Origin: an uncultured Anaerolineae bacterium
GTDB taxonomy: Bacteria > Chloroflexota > Anaerolineae > JAFGEY01
Assembly (NCBI GenBank): GCA_964481205.1
Contig: CAYZYE010000001.1
Location: 16,552-80,551 of the forward strand
DNA length: 64,000 bases
Reading direction: 5' to 3'
Shown piece by piece: positions 41,101-50,214 of this stretch (positions within the stretch are counted from its first letter, which is position 1; each line of letters begins with the position of its first letter). The translations under genes were made by a program, and so were the position numbers. A model generated the notes under the pieces. That model was given only the letters and a program-made list of their open reading frames with translations. It was not told the origin of the DNA and did not search any database.

Positions 41101-41217
41101 CGCCAGCGGAATCACGGCAAGCAGCAAAAACCAGAACAACAACCTGGCCCGCATCGAGCGGAGAAAAGGCAATTGGGCCGTGGCCCGTTCGACACCGATC
41201 TCGTTACGCATCTGCAT
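38107..41217 (-). CDS. Double-Cache-HAMP-GAF-GAF sensor protein, no output domain
   Basis: Start at ATG 41215-41217 (MQMRNEIG) after GAGGUG. TM, roughly 560-aa ectodomain with two Cache-like halves, TM, HAMP (..GDAFNQMTRQLGESV..), tandem GAF (FGFYHAGIFLIDESGEWAVLRAASSEGGRRMLARGHRLRVG..), cap ..IEEILQAATRALSRELDVAEAVIRLG. Confidence 0.8.
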   Translation of the reverse strand: MQMRNEIGVERATAQLPFLRSMRARLLFWFLLLAVIPLALVGVLAYLQAQSSLRDAAYEKLEAVRGIKATEIGRYLVGKGVDTVRVADVAQVLRQDAFAKLARGREEKTAALLRMFQDWTNDILSVSSDSNMINNVQDLTDLFQELGALRVRELDFSQTYSGDEGAFLSSYQSLDDFFSNYGRIHGYEQVFLIDPTGLVVYAMRRGAVLGTDLDSGPYRNSNLAALFWQIKSSAAQQASFVDIAAFSDTDPTDVDAPMAMFVGMPIFDGSGELLSTLVYQVPFASINQVVQLRAGLGETGETCLVGKGSGLPSLRSDLVIKEGKIGDPQAGAYLERAFSGVTGTDIEMSNDGVVEIVDYGPLDIPGLNWIIVTTMNLEEATVPALAGEAQDFYTQYTTEYGYGNLYLINRNGYVYYTTAHEADYQTNLVDGPYRGSNIARLFRQVIETRRSGFADFEPYEPLGGAPVAFLAAPLVFRDRVEVVVVVELVSDEINAIIQERTGLGQTGETYLVGPDNRMRSNSRLDPEHRSVAASFMGTVEENGVDTKATRKALAGETGTDLILDYRDQRVLSAWTPIDVFGETWALLVEQDEAEAFAAVIVLRNVSAAVAGLTMLIVVFVASRIAFSISNPVVHLTEVARVVADGNLDIQATVESNDEIGLLGDAFNQMTRQLGESVGALEESTRILERRAEYLSTASEVARDVARVQDPQRLLDRVVSLVSIRFGFYHAGIFLIDESGEWAVLRAASSEGGRRMLARGHRLRVGVQGMVGYVTGQGVVRVASDVEADQVHWVNPDLAETRAEMVAPLRVGAEVIGALDVQSTQAGAFSDQDVEVMQTLADQVAVALRNVQLVRQAQDALVAERRAYGEISREAWAELIRARPHLGYRYDGSGTVPLSQAQSEGAVSESLEDEAQRELALPVQVRGNTIGAITAHKLEDAADWSDDEVALIEAMLDRLAPILDSAQMYRASQRRAAREQMTRQIIDQVRSADSIEEILQAATRALSRELDVAEAVIRLGTETTLISEQTRVDKTVE

Positions 41218-43939
41218 CTTGCACCTCACCTGCCGCCATCTCTAGCCGAATAGCGACGTCGCGCAGCCCCATTCGCTGCCCAATCTCGCGCACCGCCGTC
41301 TGCAAAACAATGTCCAAATCCGGCGTCGCGCCCACACTCGCCGCCACCTCGCCGATGATCTGCTCACGAACCGCGCGACGCTGGGTTTCATCGATCAAAC
41401 GCTGGTTTTCGGCAGCCTGGACCAGCTGTTCAGCCAGCGATTCGAGCAAAGCCACCTGCTCCTCGCTCCAAACCGGACGACCCTCCGGCGCCCCAAAACC
41501 AAGCGCGCCCAACACCCGCCCACCCTGAACCAGCGGCACGAGTATCGTGCCATCCTCTCGGTACAACACCCGGCCTGTCTCTTGCTGCCCCGATACAACC
41601 TCTTGCATCTCTGGCAACAGCTCATATCCCAACGGCGCCACCTGCGCTGCCACACGCTCGTATCCGCTGATCGATCGCCCACGCAAATATTTGCTCCAGG
41701 CCTGCCCCTGATAGCGACGCTGCGCCTCTTGGGCGCGATCCAAAGCCTCCTGCGCATCGGCAAAAAAGCGCGCATTCTGCACCGCCACAGCCACCTGATC
41801 GGCCATATTTTGCAAAACCACAATCGTCGTATCATCAAACGCCGCTTCCTGGACACTCTGCACGCTCATCGCGCCGATCACGCGCTGACCATGACGCAGC
41901 GGCAAAGCCAACTCGGAGCGCGTATCGGGCAGCAGCGGATTGTCGAAACGAACCGCGCGATCACCCTCGCTCTGCCGGATGCTATACACACCCGTCGCCA
42001 CACACTGCCCAATCATCGACTCGCCGCCGACGGACAACCGCCACCCCTGGGCCAACATCGTCTGCCCGGCCCGGCCACTTCCGGCGCGGAGGACGGCATA
42101 TTCTTGGGAACCATCGACGAGAAACAGACCCACATAATACAACCCAAACCGTTCGCGCACCAACTCGACCACGCGAGGCAGCAACCTGGTCATATCCAAC
42201 TCGGACGTTGTCGCGCGCGTCACTTCGGCCACAGTTTCCAGACCGCGCGTGCGCTCGGCCACACGCTGCTCCAAAGAACCAATCAACTCGCGCAACTGAA
42301 TAGTCATATTGTTGAACGCCCGCGCCAGGTCGCCGATCTCGTCTTCGCGCTCCACTCTGGCCTCGAGGTTGTATTCTCCGGCCGCAATTCGCGTTGCCGT
42401 GTCAGACAAATTGACCAATGGGGCAGAAATGCTGCCCGCAAAGAGCACAGACACCACAACTGCAAACAATGCTGAAACCAGCGCCAACCCTATATTGATC
42501 GCCACCATCTGCCGCGACGCTTGCGCGACCTCGCGTTGACCTATTTCGGCCAGCAGCGCCACCTCGAGTTTGGGCAGCCAGCGATAAACGCCGAGAACCG
42601 GAACCCCACGATAGTCCTTGTATAAATCAGCGCCGCTTGCCCGACTTTTGATAACGTTGTCAATACTCGGACTATGTACATAGGTATATTCTTGCCCAAA
42701 CCGAGAGCCGGTCAACAGCACGTGATTCTCGCCGACCAAATAGGTCTCGCCGCTTTTCCCCAGACCGGCTCGCACCGACATAATATCATTCAACTGCTCC
42801 AGGTTGGCGCGGCCAACCAGGACACCAACCAGGTCGCCATATCTGTCGAGAATCGGACGCGCAACCATCACCGAGGGTTGGGCCAAAGAAGGAAAAGAAA
42901 TCGGCGGGTGAACATAAGACTCCTCCTGCCCACGCAGAAACCAGGTCTCCCGGCTATAGGTCTTGCCTTCCTGGGTCAAATCGGTCGACAAAACCACCTC
43001 TCCTTGCAAATTGAGCATAGAAATTTCTTCAAACCGCCGCGCGCGATCAACCATCCCTTGCAAACGCACGCGCAATGTCCGCTGCGCGTCTTTGGGATTC
43101 GCCAGTTCGAGCCACAGCAGCACAGTACGAGCACGAGTCACCTCGTATTCTTCGTTCAACATCGCATCCAGGTCCAACTGCAAATTGTGTACCCAGGTAT
43201 CGATCTCGGACTCTTTGAGTGCAGCCACCGACTCGAGCTGCCGGAACGCCTGCTGTCGCGTACCGTTCAGCCCAACAAGAATCGCTCCCGCCCCCACCGC
43301 AGCCGCAACCAACAAAACCACCGCCACAAAAGTGGCCACCAGACGAACGCGAATGGTGGTGATCCGTTGGTAAAAAAGCGCGATCTGCCACAAAATGATC
43401 AATATAGTCAGGCCGGCACCACCGTAAACAAACAATTTGTAAAACGCACCCTCGGTAACATCAAAACGAGGCCATAGAACCAGCCGATCGAACAACAAAG
43501 ACAATCCGGCAGCCAGCACACCGCCGCCTGCAGCCCACACGATCCGTTGGCGCGGCCACACCAAAGCAGCCACCAGAACCGACAATACCAAAGCGGCAGG
43601 CGCGATCACCAGCGCAGCATTGCTCTGAAACAAGACAGACAAAGGCAGCAAAGTCAAGACAACGCCAATCACCAGATTGGACACATCGTCCACACGTCCC
43701 TTGCGCGCCATCCTATTTGCTATAAAAAATGTCACACACACACACAAAACCAACGCCGCCACGACCAACGTCTGCCAGGCTGCGGTTTGCAAAAAAACAA
43801 TGACGTACCACCCGCTCACCAGCCCGGCAATACTGGCAACAGGCCAGGTCAAACGCTGTAAACTTGACACGCGGCGTTCCTGGTCAGATACCTGCTCAAC
43901 TGGCCGCTCTGGCGGCGCAGCTTTTCGATCTTTGGTCAT
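41204..43939 (-). CDS. Polytopic membrane - Cache - HAMP - GAF-GAF sensor protein, no output domain
   Basis: ATG with GGGAG at -8. About 7 N-terminal TM helices, Cache-like ectodomain, TM, HAMP (..ARAFNNMTIQLRELIGSLE..), tandem GAF, cap ..LDIVLQTAVREIGQRMGLRDVAIRLE. Confidence 0.85.
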   Translation of the reverse strand: MTKDRKAAPPERPVEQVSDQERRVSSLQRLTWPVASIAGLVSGWYVIVFLQTAAWQTLVVAALVLCVCVTFFIANRMARKGRVDDVSNLVIGVVLTLLPLSVLFQSNAALVIAPAALVLSVLVAALVWPRQRIVWAAGGGVLAAGLSLLFDRLVLWPRFDVTEGAFYKLFVYGGAGLTILIILWQIALFYQRITTIRVRLVATFVAVVLLVAAAVGAGAILVGLNGTRQQAFRQLESVAALKESEIDTWVHNLQLDLDAMLNEEYEVTRARTVLLWLELANPKDAQRTLRVRLQGMVDRARRFEEISMLNLQGEVVLSTDLTQEGKTYSRETWFLRGQEESYVHPPISFPSLAQPSVMVARPILDRYGDLVGVLVGRANLEQLNDIMSVRAGLGKSGETYLVGENHVLLTGSRFGQEYTYVHSPSIDNVIKSRASGADLYKDYRGVPVLGVYRWLPKLEVALLAEIGQREVAQASRQMVAINIGLALVSALFAVVVSVLFAGSISAPLVNLSDTATRIAAGEYNLEARVEREDEIGDLARAFNNMTIQLRELIGSLEQRVAERTRGLETVAEVTRATTSELDMTRLLPRVVELVRERFGLYYVGLFLVDGSQEYAVLRAGSGRAGQTMLAQGWRLSVGGESMIGQCVATGVYSIRQSEGDRAVRFDNPLLPDTRSELALPLRHGQRVIGAMSVQSVQEAAFDDTTIVVLQNMADQVAVAVQNARFFADAQEALDRAQEAQRRYQGQAWSKYLRGRSISGYERVAAQVAPLGYELLPEMQEVVSGQQETGRVLYREDGTILVPLVQGGRVLGALGFGAPEGRPVWSEEQVALLESLAEQLVQAAENQRLIDETQRRAVREQIIGEVAASVGATPDLDIVLQTAVREIGQRMGLRDVAIRLEMAAGEVQDADA

Positions 43940-44119
43940 TGATCCAGCTCCCTGGTTTCTCCGTTAGCCCTGCAACTTTAATCCTCTTGCAGCCTGGTGG
44001 AGAAAACATGTAGCCGCGATTTTCATATCGCGCTCTAGTTTGTAACTATCCACTCTACAGCTTTATCTTTGCAAAATAAATACCAACTCGCCGGCGGGGA
44101 TTTGTCAATCCCCTTTTCC
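43940..44119 (-). promoter_or_regulatory. Structured 180-nt intergenic spacer inside the sensor train (possible attenuator/internal promoter)
   Basis: One of only two gaps over 100 nt in the train. Minus-strand RNA would form GGGGAUUGACAAAUCCCC (44097-44114, directly after the upstream stop), CGCGAU-AUGAAA-AUCGCG (about 44003-44020) and CUGCAA-N11-UUGCAG hairpins. There is an AT-rich stretch with a TTGCAA-N18-GATAGT promoter-like spacing. Confidence 0.3.
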
Positions 44120-45874
44120 TCAAGCATCTCGTGTCCTTTTTTCCACAGCCTGTTCCGCCGGCGTCACCCACTGCACAAAAGCGCGCGACGACCCCAAAGC
44201 AGCCGCCATCTCTTCCAACGCCGTCTGCATCAACTCGTCCCAGTTCAGCGAAGCGCGCATCCGGTCCGAGATTTCTCGTGTAAGCTGCTCACGCGCGGCG
44301 CGGCGCTGCGTAGCCTCGTACAAACGCGCACTCTCGAGCGCCGTGCTGAGCTGATCGGACAACGCTTGCAGCAACTCGATCTCATCTGCCGACCACATCG
44401 TACCGTCCGGCTTGCGCCCATCGAGCACACCGACCACTTGCTCGCGCACCCGAATTGGAACCGCCAAAATATTTGCCGCATCACCATCGCCGCCGGCCAC
44501 CTGTCCGGTCTGTGCCGCCCTGACCATCTGCGGCTCCCATACCTCGAACGGAGCAACACCACTTCCGTCACTGGCAAAAGCCAAATCAGGACGCACCTTG
44601 AGCAGTTCTTGCCACGCCTCACGGCTCAACTCGCCATAAGCAAACCGCGTCGATGCCAGAGCCGTTCGAGCCTCGGTGAGCAGACGAACATTATCCACTG
44701 CAACTGCAACCTGGTCCGCCAATGCCTGCAACACAGCCACATCCTTCTGGGTAAACGCTCCTGGTTCGATGCTCTGTACATCCAATGCGCCGATGACCTC
44801 CCCCCGCACTTGCAGCGGCAACGCCATCTCTGAGCGCGTCTCGGACAAATCAGGATCATCGGCAAAAGTCGAATCTGCCCTCACATCGAGCGCCACACGG
44901 GGCTTGCCCTGTTCGATAACATAGCCCACCAGATTACTTTCACCCACTCGCAACCGATGTCCACGCGCCAGCATACGTTGCCCCCCCTCCGAAGAAGCGG
45001 CACGCAACATCGCATACCCGGCACCCTTGTCGATCAAAAAAACACCGGTGTGATAAAAACCAAAACGGTCCGCGACAAAACGCACAATATTGTTCAGCAA
45101 CTGATCCACATCCTGGCTCATCGCCGCGTCACGCGCAATTCGAGTCGAGACCTCCAACTGGGCGCTTTGGCGCGCCAAATCCCTGGTTCGCTCCCCAATG
45201 AGCTGTTCCAGACTACCTCGTTGATCGGCCAACTCTTGAGCCATCTTTTGACTCCGAATCAACGCCGTCGACATACGAGGAACAAGATAATTCAACGGCA
45301 CCACGATCAGCAAACTCAACATCAAATTCGCCGCCGTCGCAGCAAACCACCCCACCACATTGCCGGCGTCGGAATTGCCCGGCACGACCAAAACCTCCGT
45401 GGCGAACAAAACACCAAACAGAACCATCGTCCCCACACTCAACAACACGGTCCACACACTCTCCCGCCGTCCCAAAAAGAGACTGGCTATCACCGGGACC
45501 GTGAGCATAAAAACCCGTCCCGCGCCACTTCGCCCCACCTGGATCAAAGTCACCACGCCCATCATCCAAAGCAAACCAATCAACCCCCACACTTGAAGCG
45601 TGTACGGCGCTTTGGGCCAAAGCCAAAACACAAGCAGCGCTGCATAGGTACCCCAATAGATAAACAGCACCCACGGGTTTTCCCGTTCCAGGGCATCAAA
45701 CGACCCCGCGACCACCGCCAAAAACCCGACGACGGCCGCGACTCGCAACATACCAGACACCAACTGCGCTTGCCAGGTACGAAGATTTTCATCCGCAATC
45801 TCGGCGCCTAATCCTGGCCTCATCAGACCATCATCCACTTGAACTTGTTTTCGCTCTCGTTCCACTTTGCTCAT
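44120..45874 (-). CDS. Polytopic membrane GAF-GAF sensor protein, no output domain
   Basis: The ORF-track start is GTG at 45910. ATG at 45872-45874 (MSKVERERK) is the alternative used here. TM helices, tandem GAF (FGFYHTGVFLIDKGAGYAMLRAASSEGGQRMLARGHRLRVG..), cap ..WDELMQTALEEMAAALGSSRAFVQW. Confidence 0.75.
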   Translation of the reverse strand: MSKVERERKQVQVDDGLMRPGLGAEIADENLRTWQAQLVSGMLRVAAVVGFLAVVAGSFDALERENPWVLFIYWGTYAALLVFWLWPKAPYTLQVWGLIGLLWMMGVVTLIQVGRSGAGRVFMLTVPVIASLFLGRRESVWTVLLSVGTMVLFGVLFATEVLVVPGNSDAGNVVGWFAATAANLMLSLLIVVPLNYLVPRMSTALIRSQKMAQELADQRGSLEQLIGERTRDLARQSAQLEVSTRIARDAAMSQDVDQLLNNIVRFVADRFGFYHTGVFLIDKGAGYAMLRAASSEGGQRMLARGHRLRVGESNLVGYVIEQGKPRVALDVRADSTFADDPDLSETRSEMALPLQVRGEVIGALDVQSIEPGAFTQKDVAVLQALADQVAVAVDNVRLLTEARTALASTRFAYGELSREAWQELLKVRPDLAFASDGSGVAPFEVWEPQMVRAAQTGQVAGGDGDAANILAVPIRVREQVVGVLDGRKPDGTMWSADEIELLQALSDQLSTALESARLYEATQRRAAREQLTREISDRMRASLNWDELMQTALEEMAAALGSSRAFVQWVTPAEQAVEKRTRDA

Positions 45875-45962
45875 ACCTCGCCACCCATCCCTGGCTCTAC
45901 GCCCGGTCACACATCGAGCATACTGACAACCTCACCATACCGCGACAAAAATCCGCTTGATC

Positions 45963-47336
45963 CTAACCCCCATGCTCGCTTTCCTGCCCGCCGCCAGCCT
46001 CGACCTGTTCTGGCATACCCAGGCGCACCACCAGACGCTCCAGTCCCAACGCTTTCTGCATCTCGACCGCCGCTGCTTGCAACACACTCTCCAATTCCAG
46101 GCTCTCGCGGATGCGCCCCGATACCTGTTCGATCATCTGCTCGCGGGCCGCCAGACGCCGGGTTTCCTCAAGCAAACGCAATCCTTCGATTGTTTGCGAC
46201 AACTGTTCCGCCACGCTTTGAACCAGAGTCACATCATCCTGATTCCATTCGCCGCCGGCGCGCTGCATCCCCAGCGCGCCAATGACCTCCTGGTGAACGA
46301 CCAGCGGCAAAGCCATTGACTGTACATCAAACACCGGCACTTTGTCTTGCACTGCCTGTCCCATCTCTGGCAGCCAATCGGCATCCCCATCATGATACTG
46401 AAAGCGCGACGCCATCTGACCCGCCCGCGTAAAATCTACCCAAGACTGTTGCACATATCGACGCTGCACCTCCTGCATCTCGCGCAGCGTCTCTACCCAG
46501 GCCCCTACCGTGGCATTGATCCGATCGCCCAAAATATGCAGTTCCCGATCGCCTCGAACATCCTCATCCGGCTCACCGGTCTCCAACCGCACCCCGTACT
46601 CGCCTGAAGCAACGCGCTCCAAAAAAGCGGCGTATTGGGACACCGTTTGCCGCAAATGCTCGGCCGCGTGTACTTCGCGCTCGCTGATCACTTGCTCGGC
46701 CAGCACCGCCTGCTCGGCGCGGCGACGTGCCTCGACCAATTCTTTTTGTCGCTGCCAGGCGGCATCCAGAGCCTGTTGCGTCTGTCTCACCAGCATCAAT
46801 GTGATCGCCGCCCCATACCCCATCACGATCACCCCAAGCCCGCCGGCAGTCCACCACAAAATATCCGACGTCACCTGAATCGGATGTATAATGCCCCCAA
46901 TCTCCAGGAACGCCATCAGCAAATAAAACGTCACCGTAATCATCACCGTCCACAACATCACCGAACGACCCAGCAAAGCAGCGGTGACCACAATGACCAC
47001 CAGCGCCGGCGTGGCCGGCCCGCGCACGCCGGCGATAATATAGATACCAGCAAACGTGCCGCCGATGAACACCGCCAAATAAAGCGCCGTGGCCCACCGA
47101 TGCCATCCGCGCCGCAGCAACCACAGACTTGTTCCTCCCCCAACGGTGACGCTGACCGCGATCCAAACGGCATATCTGGCCACATCCAGAGCACTCGACA
47201 GCCAGATCGCACCAAAAAGAAGAGCCACGGTGGCAGCGCTGATCGTCGTAAACAACACCAACGTATGCAACATTTGCGCCTGCCGTTCGGCTTGTTCCCG
47301 CGCCTCCCTCACATCCGACTCGGTCCGTTCACTCAT
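45963..47336 (-). CDS. Membrane protein with coiled coil and only the C-terminal (degenerate) GAF-like cap module
   Basis: Start ATG (MSERTESD) with AAGGAAG at -7, 8 nt upstream of the upstream gene's stop. 5-6 TM helices, coiled coil, then only the second-GAF/cap type module (..ALPLVVHQEVIGALGMQRAGGEWNQDDVTLVQSVAEQLS...LESVLQAAAVEMQKALGLERLVVRLG). It lacks the canonical first GAF. Confidence 0.7.
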   Translation of the reverse strand: MSERTESDVREAREQAERQAQMLHTLVLFTTISAATVALLFGAIWLSSALDVARYAVWIAVSVTVGGGTSLWLLRRGWHRWATALYLAVFIGGTFAGIYIIAGVRGPATPALVVIVVTAALLGRSVMLWTVMITVTFYLLMAFLEIGGIIHPIQVTSDILWWTAGGLGVIVMGYGAAITLMLVRQTQQALDAAWQRQKELVEARRRAEQAVLAEQVISEREVHAAEHLRQTVSQYAAFLERVASGEYGVRLETGEPDEDVRGDRELHILGDRINATVGAWVETLREMQEVQRRYVQQSWVDFTRAGQMASRFQYHDGDADWLPEMGQAVQDKVPVFDVQSMALPLVVHQEVIGALGMQRAGGEWNQDDVTLVQSVAEQLSQTIEGLRLLEETRRLAAREQMIEQVSGRIRESLELESVLQAAAVEMQKALGLERLVVRLGMPEQVEAGGGQESEHGG

Positions 47337-50214
47337 CGCCGCTTCCTTCCCCTGATGACCCACCCAACACGCTTTGCTCTATACCCACACGCGCCACCAC
47401 CTGAGCGTCAAACACGCCCTTCAAACTCTGCACCGCCCGCTCGATCGCATCATCCACGCTGGTCGCCGCGCGAACATGGTCGGCAATCTCGCGCCGCAGC
47501 CGCTCCCGTGCCTCTCGGCGCTGGGTATCCTCGTAAAGACGCGCGCTTTCCAGCGCCACATCCAGGTTATCGATCAACGTTTCGACCAATTCCCTTTCCT
47601 CCACCGTCCAACCGCCGTCCTCGTCAGACTTGTGAGCTATCACCGTGCCAATCACGTTTCCGCGCACACGAACCGGCAAGACCAGCTCAGGCAGCCCGCT
47701 CCCAACGCGCTTGTCATCGAGTCCCCTCACACCACGCTCATCGGCGCGATAACCAATACCCGACCGGGTGCTGCCAAGTTTCTCCAACCACGCCTCGCGG
47801 CTGATCTCGCCATAGGCGCGGCGCTCGGCTTCCAACGCCGCCTGACTGCGAGCGAACAGTTTGGCATTGTCCAACGCGACCGCCACCTGGTCGGCCATGA
47901 CCTGCAATACGCGAACCGTATCCTGATCAAAAGCCGCCGCCTCGCTGCTTTGCACCGTCAGCGCACCCAACACCCGCCCGCGTGAGCGCAGCGGCAGCGC
48001 ACCCTCTGAGCGCGTTTCGGGCAACAGCGGGTTATTGAAACGCACCGCGTCCGTGCCCACATCCAGGGCAATACGCGCCTGCTGATGAGCGATACACCAA
48101 CCAATCATTCCCTCTCCGACCTTGAGCCGGTGTCCACGGGCCAGCATCTCACGCCCGGCCTCGCCGGTGCCCACCCGCAGCACCGCCCATTCCTCCGCTT
48201 CGTCGAGCAAAAACAAACCAACATAATACAAATTAAAACGCGATTGAATGAGCTGCACCACCTGCCGCTCCAGTTCCTCCGCCTCGAGAATCGACGTTGC
48301 CGCCTGCCCCACCGCAGCAGAAGCCTCCAAATAAGCAGCGCGCTGCTCCAAATCCTGAGCGCGCTGCGCCAACTCGGCCATCGAATCGCGCAAGCGGTCC
48401 GTCATCTGATTGAAAGCGCCGACCAACTTTTCGATCTCGTCGCCGGTTTCGAGTTCCAGACGATACGACAAATCCCCACGGCCAACCCGGTCCGCTCCCT
48501 GCTGCACCTCAGACATTGGGCGCACCACCAACCTGAAAAAGTAAAACCACGTCCACAACGACAACGCCAAAGCCACCACCGCGCCCAAAAGCAGACTTGT
48601 GTTCCGGTTGCGGGCGATACTGCGCAGCAAAGCATCTCTGGACACAACAAACTCGATAATGGCAATGGGATGTCCCGCATAATCCACCAACGCCGACAGC
48701 ATCACCGTATAGCGATGTTCTCGATCAAACACAGTGGTCACAACACGTTCTTGCCCCTCCAGCGCCTGTCGGTAAAAACTCGCGTCAATCGGCAGACGAG
48801 TTTGGGTGGTCGAGGCATACACCAGGAACCCCTCCGGTGCATCTGTCCCCAGGCCAGACTCATCCATCCGGACAGCGACGTCGGTAGAGACGTAAATCGT
48901 CAAATCGTTATCGATCCGCTCCTTGACATGTTTTAGAAAATCATCATCCAACATGACCGTCGACTCGACCAGGCCAATGTATCGGTCTTGATCAAAAACC
49001 GGCGCCGTGCCCCTGATCGGCAACCCCAACTTGCCCGGATCCAGCCCCGCCAACGGTTTCTGTCCGGCGTTCGCCTCGACCAGCATCGGGCGAATCCTGG
49101 AAACATCCCGGCCCTCGATTTCCGGTTTGATCAAATGGAAAAATGGGATCGCCGGCGGCAGGTGAAGCGCAATCAATGAAACAACCCCCTCGGTTCGCAA
49201 CGCCTGGAAACTCGGCGACAGCAAACGCGCCAACTCGTCTCGATCCTGCCCGGCAAACGCGCGTTGAACGTCGGGCAAATTGGCGATACTCGCCGACAAG
49301 GCGACCATCCTTTCCGCGTGTTCGCCCAACATGGTCATAAACAAAGTATAGTGATCGTGCAATTCGGCGTCATTCTGAGCCTCGAGCAAAGCACCCTGCG
49401 CATTCACACTCAACCCCACCAAAACCCCAACCACCACCACAGCGCCAACGATCAACGGAATCAGAACCTTCCACACCAGCCGCAAGCGCAAACGCTGTTC
49501 GGGAAACACCTGACGTGAAGCAGCATAGCCATAAGCAAAAACAAAAACCGTGCTGGAAAGAAGCGAGGATACCCCGCCGGGGAGCAACTTGCGCAGCCCG
49601 ACCTCGATACCCACCACAACAACTTGCACGCCCAACAGCAGCCACGCCAGCCAGCGGGTCAATCGCATTGCCTTCTTGTCCACCAAAGTGACATACAACA
49701 GCGGCACAAACCCCGCCAACGGCACGATACTGAGCGTCAACGCCTTGAGCGGTACCGCCCAGCGTCCGGCGACATAATGGGACATGGACACAAAACCGCC
49801 GCGATAGGTCTCGATATCAAGACCGGTGTACCACAACCGCGTGCCAAATATCAGATCGATCAAGGTCAACACACCGGGCAGGAAAATCAAGGCATATACC
49901 AACCACCAGCCCCACCGCCAACGACCTTGCAGCCAACTGGGTTTTAGCAAAACCACGGTGGTCAACAAGAGCATCACGCTCAACGCCGGCGACACCACGG
50001 ACAACAACAAAGTGGGAAAAACACCCTGAGTGACATCCCGCGCGCTCAACAGCAACCCCAGACCCACGTTGCTGTTGGCGATAAGCCAGAGCATTCCGCT
50101 TACATGGCGATTGGCGGGATGTCGAAAACTCAACAGCAAAACATAGACGGCCATAAAAAACTCGGCCAGCGCCAAAAACCAGGCAACGAGTTGCCAAGTC
50201 GGAGACACACTCAT
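47329..50214 (-). CDS. Polytopic membrane (7-8 TM) - Cache-like - HAMP - GAF-GAF sensor protein, no output domain
   Basis: ATG in an ATGA overlap with the upstream stop; GAGGAGG at -7. Long membrane N-terminus, ectodomain, HAMP (..VGAFNQMTDRLRDSMAEL..), tandem GAF (FNLYYVGLFLLDEAEEWAVLRVGTGEAG..), cap ..VDDAIERAVQSLKGVFDAQVVARVG. Confidence 0.85.
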   Translation of the reverse strand: MSVSPTWQLVAWFLALAEFFMAVYVLLLSFRHPANRHVSGMLWLIANSNVGLGLLLSARDVTQGVFPTLLLSVVSPALSVMLLLTTVVLLKPSWLQGRWRWGWWLVYALIFLPGVLTLIDLIFGTRLWYTGLDIETYRGGFVSMSHYVAGRWAVPLKALTLSIVPLAGFVPLLYVTLVDKKAMRLTRWLAWLLLGVQVVVVGIEVGLRKLLPGGVSSLLSSTVFVFAYGYAASRQVFPEQRLRLRLVWKVLIPLIVGAVVVVGVLVGLSVNAQGALLEAQNDAELHDHYTLFMTMLGEHAERMVALSASIANLPDVQRAFAGQDRDELARLLSPSFQALRTEGVVSLIALHLPPAIPFFHLIKPEIEGRDVSRIRPMLVEANAGQKPLAGLDPGKLGLPIRGTAPVFDQDRYIGLVESTVMLDDDFLKHVKERIDNDLTIYVSTDVAVRMDESGLGTDAPEGFLVYASTTQTRLPIDASFYRQALEGQERVVTTVFDREHRYTVMLSALVDYAGHPIAIIEFVVSRDALLRSIARNRNTSLLLGAVVALALSLWTWFYFFRLVVRPMSEVQQGADRVGRGDLSYRLELETGDEIEKLVGAFNQMTDRLRDSMAELAQRAQDLEQRAAYLEASAAVGQAATSILEAEELERQVVQLIQSRFNLYYVGLFLLDEAEEWAVLRVGTGEAGREMLARGHRLKVGEGMIGWCIAHQQARIALDVGTDAVRFNNPLLPETRSEGALPLRSRGRVLGALTVQSSEAAAFDQDTVRVLQVMADQVAVALDNAKLFARSQAALEAERRAYGEISREAWLEKLGSTRSGIGYRADERGVRGLDDKRVGSGLPELVLPVRVRGNVIGTVIAHKSDEDGGWTVEERELVETLIDNLDVALESARLYEDTQRREARERLRREIADHVRAATSVDDAIERAVQSLKGVFDAQVVARVGIEQSVLGGSSGEGSGDE

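Noticed and set aside
44097-44114. ggggatttgtcaatcccc + ttttcc read as a plus-strand intrinsic terminator
   Set aside because: No plus-strand gene ends there. On the transcribed minus strand the hairpin is not followed by an immediate U-tract, so it is listed only as a possible attenuator structure.
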